Part shown: positions 56,069-64,000 of the stretch, in pieces | Numbering within the stretch: the stretch's first letter is position 1 | Layout of the letters: each line of letters starts with the position of its first letter | From: Chitinophagales bacterium | Lineage (GTDB): Bacteria; Bacteroidota; Bacteroidia; Chitinophagales; JADIYW01 | DNA length: 64,000 bases | Assembly: GCA_046329775.1 (NCBI GenBank) | Contig: JAXLTX010000003.1 | Coordinates: 507,153 to 571,152 of the forward strand | Reading direction: 5' to 3' | Notes under the pieces: generated by a model | Told to the model about the DNA's origin: nothing | The model's input: only the letters and a program-made list of their open reading frames with translations | Database searches by the model: none | Program-made: the position numbers and the translations under genes

Positions 56069-56143
56069 TCGGGATGGCTGGATTCGAACCAACGACCTCC
56101 TGGTCCCAAACCAGGCATTCTAACCGGACTGAACTACATCCCG
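56069..56143 (-). tRNA. tRNA-Pro(TGG)
   Basis: Acceptor CGGGATG/CATCCCG; anticodon arm CCTGG-TT-TGG-GA-CCAGG; GTTCGAATC T-loop; CCA not encoded. Confidence 0.95.
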
Positions 56144-56159
56144 TAGTTGTTGTTTGCTG

Positions 56160-56246
56160 CGGTGAGGGAGGGATTCGAACCCTCGGTACAGTTACCCGTA
56201 CGTCAGTTTAGCAAACTGGTGGTTTCAGCCACTCACCCACCTCACC
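56160..56246 (-). tRNA. tRNA-Ser(GCT)
   Basis: Acceptor GGTGAGG/CCTCACC; loop TT-GCT-AA; long variable arm; GGTTCGAATCC. Confidence 0.93.
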
Positions 56247-56277
56247 TCCTTTTTTCTTTATAAGAACTTTGGGACGG

Positions 56278-56285
56278 CAAAGATA
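56278..56285 (-). promoter_or_regulatory. -7 element (TATCTTTG) for the tRNA pair
   Basis: Exact TAnnTTTG about 32 nt upstream of tRNA-Ser. Confidence 0.6.
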
Positions 56286-56409
56286 GGATTTTTAAAGAAC
56301 TTTGCAAATATAAAACAAAAAATGTGCGCAGATATTACTTTAATAAATTGATAACATCTTTTGTTTGCCAGAAAATCCCGATGAAGGGCATTCCTGTTTG
56401 CATATTTTA

Positions 56410-57846
56410 TTATAGACTCAACTCAATTCGTTTTTTCAATTCTTCTACTGAATCTCTGAATTCCTCATCTGTGTCAATAAGATTGCGTACTGCCTGACAG
56501 GAATGAATCACCGTACTGTGGTCTCTTCCTCCGAATTGCTGTCCGATTGCTTTTAAAGAAGACTTAGTATATTCTTTTGCAAAAAACATGGATAATTGTC
56601 TGGCCTGCACGAACTGACGCTTACGGGTAGGTTCTTTCAATTTTTCCACAGGAACTTCGAAGAAATCGCATACTGTCTTTTGTATCATGTCCAATGAAAT
56701 TTCTTTCGTGGCATGTTTTACGAAATTGATGACGGTTTTCTTTGCCAGCTCCAGCGTGATGTCCTGTCTGTTCAGGGTTGCCTGTGCCAGGATGGAGGTC
56801 AATACACCTTCCAGTTCACGGACATTGGTTTTAATATTGGTGGCGATGAAACGTGTAACATCCTCGTGCATCTCGATACCGTCTGCATGCAGTTTCTTTT
56901 GCAGTATGCTGATGCGGGTATCGTAATCAGGAGTCTGCAAATCGGTCGTCAGGCCCCATTTGAAGCGCGACAACAAACGTTCTTCCATATTTTCCAGATC
57001 TTTCGGAGCCCTGTCTGAGGTCAGAATCAACTGCTTGCCGTTTTGGTGCAGGTGATTGAAGATATGGAAAAAGATATCCTGTGTTTTCGTCTTATTGGCA
57101 AAGAACTGAATATCATCAATAATCAATACATCTATCTGTTGATAGAAATGGATGAAATCATTGGTGCTGTTATCTTTCAGTGCAGTAAGGAACTGACTGG
57201 TGAATTTTTCGGAACTCACATACAATACCGTTTTGGTAGAGTTGTGTACTTTAATGTAATTTCCGATGGCCTGTCCCAAATGGGTTTTACCCAAACCTAC
57301 TCCTCCGTATATCACCAAAGGGTTAAAGGCAGTGCCCCCCGGAGACTTGGCAACCGCCATGCCCGCACTGCGTGCAAATTTGTTACAGTCACCTTCTATA
57401 AAAGAATCAAAAGTATAGTTAGGATTCAGTTGTGAATCAACGTGTATTTTCTTAAGACCGGGAATCACAAAAGGATTCTTCACCATAGGGCTTGAGAAGA
57501 CCGCAGGCATGGATACTTCGTTGGTACCGTAGACACCTTCTCTGTGATTCGGCACATCGATGGTTTTAGGTTCTGATTTCACACCATTGGATGCATCGAC
57601 CAGAATTCTATATTCCAGTTTTGCATCTTCTCCCAATTCTCTCTTGATGGTTTTGCGTAGTAAGGTAACGTAGTGTTCTTCCAGCCATTCGTAAAAGAAT
57701 TGACTTGGGACCTGAATGGTTAAACTTTTACCGTCGAGTTTAACGGGTTTAATCGGTTCGAACCATGTTTTATAGCTTTGTACATTGATGTTATCTTTGA
57801 TAATTTTGAGACAATTTTCCCACACAAGTTCATGCTTGTTCTTCAT
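56410..57846 (-). CDS. dnaA: Chromosomal replication initiator DnaA
   Basis: YTFDSFIEG, FNPLVIYGGVGLGKTHL, LIIDDIQF, TSDRAP, NVRELEG, FGGRDHSTVIH. Confidence 0.98.
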   Translation of the reverse strand: MKNKHELVWENCLKIIKDNINVQSYKTWFEPIKPVKLDGKSLTIQVPSQFFYEWLEEHYVTLLRKTIKRELGEDAKLEYRILVDASNGVKSEPKTIDVPNHREGVYGTNEVSMPAVFSSPMVKNPFVIPGLKKIHVDSQLNPNYTFDSFIEGDCNKFARSAGMAVAKSPGGTAFNPLVIYGGVGLGKTHLGQAIGNYIKVHNSTKTVLYVSSEKFTSQFLTALKDNSTNDFIHFYQQIDVLIIDDIQFFANKTKTQDIFFHIFNHLHQNGKQLILTSDRAPKDLENMEERLLSRFKWGLTTDLQTPDYDTRISILQKKLHADGIEMHEDVTRFIATNIKTNVRELEGVLTSILAQATLNRQDITLELAKKTVINFVKHATKEISLDMIQKTVCDFFEVPVEKLKEPTRKRQFVQARQLSMFFAKEYTKSSLKAIGQQFGGRDHSTVIHSCQAVRNLIDTDEEFRDSVEELKKRIELSL

Positions 57847-57927
57847 ACGCTCTATTCGGTTTTTAGAAATTTAAAATTGACTGCTATCGACGAAACTAAG
57901 TTGAGGAAAAATTCTCTAATAAAAAAA

Positions 57928-58863
57928 TTATTTTTCTATTGATTTTTTATCAACAATTACAGTTTGAGAGTTTGATAACTTTTTTCTGAAACTTTTTTCA
58001 AAATAATATTCCAGCTGTCCGAATTGCACGCCGGCCCATCCTACCTGATTGATTAAGACTGTTTTTCCGTCCTTATTTTTTTCGCTGACAGGTGCATCCA
58101 GGAAGGTATGAGTATGCCCTCCGATGATCAGATCAATGTTGGCAGTCTGTTGTGCCAACATGATATCCGATACTTTGGCGTTGTCGTATTTATAGCCCAG
58201 ATGAGACAGGCAAATAATCAGGTGACACTTCTCTTTGTACTTGAGAATGTCCGCCTGTTCCTGCACACATTTCACAGGGTCGAGGTATCTTGTTTGTGCG
58301 TATAATTTATCCGGCACCAGTCCGTCCAGTTCCACCCCACATCCGGTAATGCCTATCTTTAAGGTTCCTTTTTTCAACACAACATGCTTGTGCACCTTAC
58401 CTTCCACCGGTGTTCCCGTAAAATCATAATTGCAATTTACGAAGGGAAAATCCGCCCGGCTTATCTGCCTGGCCAACGTGTCAATTCCTCCGTCAAAATC
58501 ATGATTACCGATAGTGGCGGCATCGTACCCCATCTTGTTCATCAGGTCTATTTCCAGATCGCCGTGAAAGAAATTGAAATAGGGTGTTCCCTGAAAGATG
58601 TCGCCGGCATCCAACACCAATACGTTATCCTTTTGCCTGCGAATATTTTGTATGATTGCGGAGCGGTATTCCGCTCCGCCCAAGCCCGGATATTTCTTAT
58701 CATCTTCCGGAAAAGGTTCAATATGGCTGTGCACATCATTCGTATGCAGGATGGTAAGTTGCACTTGCGCTGCTGCTGCCAGCAAATCCAGCGGACTTGA
58801 AGCCATACCGACTACAGCACCGCCCAATACGGTATTGCTAATGAAACGTCTTCTACTTTGCAT
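57928..58863 (-). CDS. 5'-nucleotidase metallophosphatase subunit (Tat-like leader)
   Basis: SRRRFI leader; HTNDVHSH, LDAGD, GNHDFD, CLSHLG, GGHTH. Start set at MQSRRR (58863). Confidence 0.92.
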   Translation of the reverse strand: MQSRRRFISNTVLGGAVVGMASSPLDLLAAAAQVQLTILHTNDVHSHIEPFPEDDKKYPGLGGAEYRSAIIQNIRRQKDNVLVLDAGDIFQGTPYFNFFHGDLEIDLMNKMGYDAATIGNHDFDGGIDTLARQISRADFPFVNCNYDFTGTPVEGKVHKHVVLKKGTLKIGITGCGVELDGLVPDKLYAQTRYLDPVKCVQEQADILKYKEKCHLIICLSHLGYKYDNAKVSDIMLAQQTANIDLIIGGHTHTFLDAPVSEKNKDGKTVLINQVGWAGVQFGQLEYYFEKSFRKKLSNSQTVIVDKKSIEK

Positions 58864-59602
58864 AGCTGATTCTGTTTTCAAGTTGTGCTGAAATCGTTCT
58901 TCCTGCTTTTGTTTCTGCAGCCCAGTATTCCAGAATGGCATCTCTGAACAGTTTACCGGTCTGTATCTGTGGAATCGCCTTCAGGAATGTCATTCCGTCA
59001 CCTCCGTTGGCCAGATAATCATTAATGGCAACCTTATATTTTCTGTTCACATCAAGCGGTTTACCGTTCACCAGAACATGAATTGCCTTTTTCTCTTTTA
59101 TCTGAAAAGAAATTCCTGAAACCGGCCATCCATTCTTCATCGCAATAGAATCGCAGAAATCGTTCAGCTGCTGTCCCGTCAGGATCTGTTCTACCACATA
59201 ATTGTCAAACGGCATCAGCAGATAGGCATGCTCCACATTGAGTGCACCTTTTGTAAGCGAAGCGGTCCGAATGCCTCCGTAGTTCAGCACCGCAACGTCA
59301 ATCTCATCTTTAGTATATTCGGCTGTCTTTTTCTTCAGGATATCTGCCATCATATTCCCAAGCGTGCTTTCCGGCAATTTCTTGGTGAGGTCTTCTGTCA
59401 GTTCAGCAAGTTGCACCTTCATGATCTTATCCAGAGAATCTTTATATGGCTGATAGAAAACACGCATGCCTGTATCCGGCACAAACATCTTATTGGCTTT
59501 CACCAGAGAGGCGCTTTCCCGAACCGGAAAATAGGTTTTACAGGCCGTCGTGCTCACAACAGCCAGCAACAGCATTACGATTTTAGAACAACTTCTTAAC
59601 AT
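58853..59602 (-). CDS. 5'-nucleotidase C-terminal-domain lipoprotein
   Basis: Lipobox TTAC; LGNMMAD, NYGGIR, MPFDN, DYLANGGD. Confidence 0.92.
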   Translation of the reverse strand: MLRSCSKIVMLLLAVVSTTACKTYFPVRESASLVKANKMFVPDTGMRVFYQPYKDSLDKIMKVQLAELTEDLTKKLPESTLGNMMADILKKKTAEYTKDEIDVAVLNYGGIRTASLTKGALNVEHAYLLMPFDNYVVEQILTGQQLNDFCDSIAMKNGWPVSGISFQIKEKKAIHVLVNGKPLDVNRKYKVAINDYLANGGDGMTFLKAIPQIQTGKLFRDAILEYWAAETKAGRTISAQLENRISYAK

Positions 59603-60125
59603 CGCTTTTTACAAAATTGATGGCAATCTGAACCGGCACCTGTTTATCCGAATTCATATAATAATTGAAGATCGCTTTATTCAATTCAATACCATCCGCC
59701 TCGTCCGGCATCTGGGATGCAAACATGTTAATCACCTTAATGGTTTCCTCTTTTGCCGTCGCCACCATTTGCCATGCTTCCTCGTTGATATACATCTGTT
59801 GCGACAAATTGTATTCATACTCTATACGGATGCTTTTGATCAGTTCCAACTGCAGTTCCGCCACCAGCATATTCGGCTGATAGACTCTGGTCAGCAAACT
59901 GAAGGGATGTATCCTTTCCAGAAAAACGATGATACGTTCATACGCCTGCAAACGCAATGGTAAGGACACCTTTCGCTGTTCCAGCACCAGCACCTTGCTG
60001 CTCTCATGGTTTCTGCGAACCGCTTCATCATCAATAAATGCCTTTACAATCATGTAAACGAAACCCAATGCCACCAGAGAGGGCAATACGTACTTGACTA
60101 CATCAAAAAATCCGGAAGTATCCAT
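59583..60125 (-). CDS. Conserved Bacteroidota hypothetical protein with N-terminal TM segment
   Basis: LPLRLQAYERIIVFLERI, IRIEYEYNLSQQMY conserved pattern. Confidence 0.7.
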   Translation of the reverse strand: MDTSGFFDVVKYVLPSLVALGFVYMIVKAFIDDEAVRRNHESSKVLVLEQRKVSLPLRLQAYERIIVFLERIHPFSLLTRVYQPNMLVAELQLELIKSIRIEYEYNLSQQMYINEEAWQMVATAKEETIKVINMFASQMPDEADGIELNKAIFNYYMNSDKQVPVQIAINFVKSDVKKLF

Positions 60126-60253
60126 GTCTTAATTTTATTTATGCTGTATAATTATCCCCTGTAAAACGGGACTATAAAAATAGGCTATTTTTTACAATTA
60201 ACCACACATCTTAAACGCAGTTATGCATCCTGTATTTTATAACTTTTTTGAAC

Positions 60254-60261
60254 TAACTTTG
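60254..60261 (+). promoter_or_regulatory. -7 element (TAACTTTG)
   Basis: Exact TAnnTTTG upstream of iscA. Confidence 0.6.
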
Positions 60262-60283
60262 CCGAAGTAATGTTTATAGAGTT

Positions 60284-60634
60284 ATGAATACAACGGCAGC
60301 ACAGAAAACACCGGTAACACTGACACCAAAAGCCCTGCAGGAAGTGAAAGACCTGCTTGCAAAAGGAAATTACGCACCGGGCTTCGGATTACGGCTGGGC
60401 GTAAAAGGCGGCGGCTGTGCCGGATTCACCTATATCCTGGACTTTGATGCTAAGAAGGAAAACGATCATGTTTTTGAACTGGATGGAATCACCCTGTTCA
60501 TCGACAAATCTCAGGAGATATATCTATACGATTGCGAAATAGATTTTAAAAGCGGACTGGACAACAGAGGTTTTATTTTCAATAACCCGAACGCCTCCTC
60601 CACTTGCGGTTGCGGCACCTCGTTCTCTGCCTAA
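60284..60634 (+). CDS. iscA: Iron-sulfur cluster assembly accessory protein (HesB/IscA/SufA)
   Basis: VKGGGCAG, FNNPNA, TCGCGTSF. Confidence 0.93.
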   Translation: MNTTAAQKTPVTLTPKALQEVKDLLAKGNYAPGFGLRLGVKGGGCAGFTYILDFDAKKENDHVFELDGITLFIDKSQEIYLYDCEIDFKSGLDNRGFIFNNPNASSTCGCGTSFSA

Positions 60635-60733
60635 AAAGCCAGTAAAACCAAGCGTTTCGGGCTGTAATTTTACACAGAGTCCCATTTTTACTAACATTTT
60701 CCGCTAATTATTTGGATAATTGAATAAAGCATT

Positions 60734-60741
60734 TAACTTTG
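60734..60741 (+). promoter_or_regulatory. -7 element (TAACTTTG)
   Basis: Exact TAnnTTTG upstream of hup. Confidence 0.6.
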
Positions 60742-60778
60742 TGGCATAATGTTTTTTTAACTTTTAAATAAGACAATA

Positions 60779-61060
60779 ATGAACAAAGGAGATTTAGTAA
60801 AAGTAATTGCTGACGCAGCAGGCGTAACAAACGCAACAGCAAACGACACTTTGAATGCCGTATTAGACAGCATTCGTAAAACCTTGAAAAAAGGTGACAA
60901 AGTTACCTTGATCGGTTTCGGTACTTTCAGCACAGCTAAAAGAGCTAAAAGAGACGGAAGAAACCCATCAACCGGTGCTAAAATCAAGATTCCTGCTAAA
61001 ACGTTGGTGAAATTCAAAGCTGGTAAAGAGTTGGGTGACGCTGTGAACAAAAGCAAATAA
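60779..61060 (+). CDS. hup: HU family DNA-binding protein
   Basis: MNKGDL, VTLIGFGTF, GRNPSTG, KFKAGKEL. Confidence 0.97.
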   Translation: MNKGDLVKVIADAAGVTNATANDTLNAVLDSIRKTLKKGDKVTLIGFGTFSTAKRAKRDGRNPSTGAKIKIPAKTLVKFKAGKELGDAVNKSK

Positions 61061-61082
61061 GATTACTTCTTACTTAAAAGAT

Positions 61083-61105
61083 AAGCCTCAGCAATGCTGA
61101 GGCTT
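61083..61105. terminator. Bidirectional terminator
   Basis: AAGCCTCAGC-aat-GCTGAGGCTT. Confidence 0.8.
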
Positions 61106-61131
61106 TCTTATTTTTAGTTTCACATCTTATG

Positions 61132-61773
61132 CTACGGTGCTAAACGTTCCATCTTCCACTTATCATCCGCTACCCGCGTATATTGTATCCTGTCGTGCAA
61201 ACGGCTCACCCTGCCCTGCCAGAATTCAATCAGCTGCGGCACCACGACATAACCGCCCCAGTGCTCCGGATACGGCACTTCTTTACCGCGGTAGGCATGC
61301 TCTGCTTCCTTGAATTTTTCTTCCAGTACAAATCTGTTTTCCAGTACCTGACTTTGCGGAGATACAATGGCACCGATCTGACTGCCTTTGGGACGGGAAT
61401 GGAAATATTTCTGCGCAGCTTCCTTATCTACTTTTGTAATCACGCCCTCAATCCTTACCTGACGCTCTGCCCACCAGAACAATAATGCCACCTTCTCATT
61501 CTCCTGCATCTGCCGGCCTTTCCTGCTTTCGTAGTTGGTATAAAATACAAACCCCTCCTTACTGAAACTCTTGAGCAGAACGATTCTTGCGGAGGGCTGT
61601 CCGTCACTTCCTGCGGTGGCCAATGTCATGGCATTCGGCTCCGGCAGTTTCATCTCTATGGCATGATGAAACCATTCATCAAACTGCAGAAACGGATCTT
61701 CGTTACAATGCTCTTCCAGCAAAAAGGAAGACTCATAACTTTCTCTCATGTGGTGTACATCTCTGTTTGGCAT
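61132..61773 (-). CDS. pdxH: Pyridoxamine 5'-phosphate oxidase
   Basis: EPNAMTLAT, SARIVLLK, FYTNYESRKG, IEFWQGRVSRLHDR, RLAP. Confidence 0.96.
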   Translation of the reverse strand: MPNRDVHHMRESYESSFLLEEHCNEDPFLQFDEWFHHAIEMKLPEPNAMTLATAGSDGQPSARIVLLKSFSKEGFVFYTNYESRKGRQMQENEKVALLFWWAERQVRIEGVITKVDKEAAQKYFHSRPKGSQIGAIVSPQSQVLENRFVLEEKFKEAEHAYRGKEVPYPEHWGGYVVVPQLIEFWQGRVSRLHDRIQYTRVADDKWKMERLAP

Positions 61774-61824
61774 ATTCTAAAATTAGCGATTATATTTGAC
61801 ACACAAAAGCTAAACAAAAATCCC

Positions 61825-62502
61825 ATGAACCAGCGCAACAGGAACGTCATGTTACCGTTAATTATTTTCTCCAACCTGTTTCCTCTCTATGGTGTCATCC
61901 ATTACAACTGGACCATCTTTTCAGTGGTCTACATCTATTGGATAGAATTACTCATCAACAGCACATTCAGACTCCTGAAAATCATTGGAGCTCAGGGCGA
62001 TCCGGAAGCAGGTTTCGCTGAAAAACTATCCATGGGAATTAAATTCTTTTTGTTCAGGACCGGCATCTTTTTCTTCTATCTGATTTTTATCGTCACCTTT
62101 CTCGGGCTGATGGTCAACGCAAAAGCAGACGACACTTCATCGGCCATGAGCATGTTTGATGTACTTTTCTTTAAGGGTACCTTTTACAGAATCACCCTAT
62201 TAAGTTTCATCACCTACAATCTGGTGGAATTCTTAGTGCTTTTCATCCTGAACGGAGCATATAAGACCTTAAAACCTCAGGATAATTATGAAATCCTGGA
62301 CATGCATATCCTGGTGGTACACATTGTGGTGGTCCTTGGCACCTTTCTGCATCAGGCAGTTACGGAAAACCTGCATTGGAACCACAAAAATGCCATGATT
62401 GCCTGTGTCAGTCTGTTTGTGGTGGTAAAGGTCATTGCAGACATTGTCCGCCAGAGCCTTTCAGGCGACATCACAGATGAGCAAAATGAAAAATTCATTT
62501 AG
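61825..62502 (+). CDS. DUF6498-like membrane protein
   Basis: NLFPLYGV...W...VVYIYWIE, HILVVHIVVVLG. Start set at MNQRNR; -7 TATATTTG at 61791-61798. Confidence 0.65.
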   Translation: MNQRNRNVMLPLIIFSNLFPLYGVIHYNWTIFSVVYIYWIELLINSTFRLLKIIGAQGDPEAGFAEKLSMGIKFFLFRTGIFFFYLIFIVTFLGLMVNAKADDTSSAMSMFDVLFFKGTFYRITLLSFITYNLVEFLVLFILNGAYKTLKPQDNYEILDMHILVVHIVVVLGTFLHQAVTENLHWNHKNAMIACVSLFVVVKVIADIVRQSLSGDITDEQNEKFI

Positions 62503-62920
62503 GCTCATCGATAAACATACGCACGAATTGCTCACAGTAAATCTTTATATCTTGCCGGGTGGTTCTGAATGCCGCCGCTATCTCTTCTTCCGTTCCCTTT
62601 ACTTTGGAAGGGTCCTGGAAATCATGATGCAGCATAACGGCATCCGTTGGAAAATAAGGACATACCTCTTTTGCATGATCGCATACCGTAATCACAAAAT
62701 CAAAACGAATGTCTTTATATTCCAAAATATTGTTGGAGGTATGACATGAGATGTCTATTCCATCTTCCTTCATGAAGTAAATGGCGTTCGGATTTACACC
62801 ATGCGTTTCAACGCCTGCACTGTAAACAGCGGCCCTGCCTTTCACAAAATATTCCAGATAGCCGTGTGCCATCTGACTGCGGCAACTATTGCCGGTGCAT
62901 AAAACGAGGATATTGATCAT
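62495..62920 (-). CDS. arsC: Arsenate reductase, thioredoxin-coupled LMW-PTP type
   Basis: [15 protein letters not shown]...CP, HDFQDP. Confidence 0.95.
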   Translation of the reverse strand: MINILVLCTGNSCRSQMAHGYLEYFVKGRAAVYSAGVETHGVNPNAIYFMKEDGIDISCHTSNNILEYKDIRFDFVITVCDHAKEVCPYFPTDAVMLHHDFQDPSKVKGTEEEIAAAFRTTRQDIKIYCEQFVRMFIDEPK

Positions 62921-63981
62921 TTGAATTTCTTCATTTGTTTTAAAGCCACATTCACCAGCAACACCAGCACCGGCACTTCTATCAGCGGACCGATTACAGC
63001 TGCAAAGGCGGCTCCAGAATGCAATCCGAAAACAGCAATGGCCACGGCGATTCCCAATTCAAAATTATTGCTACCTGCTGTGAAAGACAAGGTTGTCGTT
63101 TCCTTATAATTACCTCCCAGCGATTTTACCAGAAAGAAAGTGGAAAAAAACATCAGTATAAAAAAGATGGTTAATGGTACGGATATCAGGATAACGTCCA
63201 GAGGAATCTGTACAATCAGTTCACCTTTCAGGCTAAACATCAGCACAATGGTTGCCAATAAGGCGATTAAGGTAATCGGGCTGACCTTAGGAATGAAGTG
63301 CGTGGTGTACCAGTGTTTCCCTTTAGTCCTTATGAGAACAAATCTGGTCATCATGCCGGCAAAAAACGGGATGCCCAGATAGATAAAAACACTCTTGGTA
63401 ATCTGCCAGATTTCAATATTCACCTGATATCCTTTGATACCAAACACCGGTGGCAATATGGTGATAAAAAACCAGGCATATGTGCTGTAAAATAAGATTT
63501 GCATGACACTGTTAAATGCCACTAAACCGGCGGCAAGTTCATTATCCCCCTTTGCCAGATCATTCCAGACCAATACCATTGCAATACAGGGAGCGAGAGA
63601 GATAAGAATGAGTCCTGTCATGTATTCGGGATGATTGTGCAGGAATACCGTAGCGAGCACAAACATCAGAGACGGCCCAACTATCCAGCTCTGAAATAAT
63701 CCGAGCAATAATAATTTAGGATGCTTGAATATCTTGCCGATTTCTTCGTATTTCACTTTTGCAAGCGGCGGGTACATCATCAGAATCAGTCCGATGGCCA
63801 GCGGGACATTGGTGGTCCCAGATGAAAGCGTATTCAGTTTAACAGGAATCGACGGAAACACATATCCGACCAGTACGCCGGAAATCATAGCCAGAAAGAT
63901 CCAGAGGGTCAGATACCTGTCAAGAAAAGAAAGCTGCTTTACCGTTATGTTGTTTTCAGTCATATCACTCATGGAAATCAT
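62917..63981 (-). CDS. acr3: Acr3 family arsenite efflux transporter
   Basis: [49 protein letters not shown]. Confidence 0.96.
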   Translation of the reverse strand: MISMSDMTENNITVKQLSFLDRYLTLWIFLAMISGVLVGYVFPSIPVKLNTLSSGTTNVPLAIGLILMMYPPLAKVKYEEIGKIFKHPKLLLLGLFQSWIVGPSLMFVLATVFLHNHPEYMTGLILISLAPCIAMVLVWNDLAKGDNELAAGLVAFNSVMQILFYSTYAWFFITILPPVFGIKGYQVNIEIWQITKSVFIYLGIPFFAGMMTRFVLIRTKGKHWYTTHFIPKVSPITLIALLATIVLMFSLKGELIVQIPLDVILISVPLTIFFILMFFSTFFLVKSLGGNYKETTTLSFTAGSNNFELGIAVAIAVFGLHSGAAFAAVIGPLIEVPVLVLLVNVALKQMKKFK

Positions 63982-64000
63982 TTTACAGTTAACAACAACC

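Noticed and set aside
56069-56246. tRNA-targeted prophage or island attachment site
   Set aside because: No duplicated tRNA 3' end and no integrase found in the window.
56250-57960. oriC next to dnaA
   Set aside because: Only one near-consensus DnaA box (TTATCAACA, 57947-57955) was found, with no box cluster and no dnaN. At most an autoregulatory site.

Overview
A 64 kb chromosomal window from a Bacteroidota bacterium, probably Chitinophagales/Saprospirales-like. The assignment rests on T9SS C-terminal domains, TAnnTTTG (-7) promoters, AT-rich leaders without SD, and Bacteroidota-type aconitase, DUF2795 and split 5'-nucleotidase. The housekeeping scaffold includes two FKBPs, aconitase, rpsF-rpsR-rplI, rpiB, dinB, tRNA-Pro/tRNA-Ser, dnaA, iscA, hup, pdxH and acr3-arsC. 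Five parts stand out. (1) Two tandem ~3000-aa T9SS cargo genes are built from 12-14 Cys-containing repeats. The downstream one is cut by a single in-frame TAG (15399-15401) that separates its signal peptide from its CTD. A TMTC-like glycosyltransferase sits divergently next to them. (2) The 3' end of an ABC permease gene carries layered recombination scars: a duplicated 45-bp gene end and remnants of two convergent genes. (3) These scars are followed by a very AT-rich three-gene cassette: a Cys-rich small secreted protein, a DUF4221-like beta-propeller and a CxxC protein. (4) A clade II nos cluster with a Crp/Fnr regulator has ATGAY-N4-ATCAT boxes exactly 22 nt from -7 elements at three promoters, including a remote fasciclin gene. 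(5) An operon encodes an ILVBL/HACL2-like ThDP lyase, an isochorismatase-family hydrolase and a long-chain acyl-CoA ligase. All family assignments come from motif recognition by eye; no database search was run, and GC values are hand counts on single 60-nt lines.
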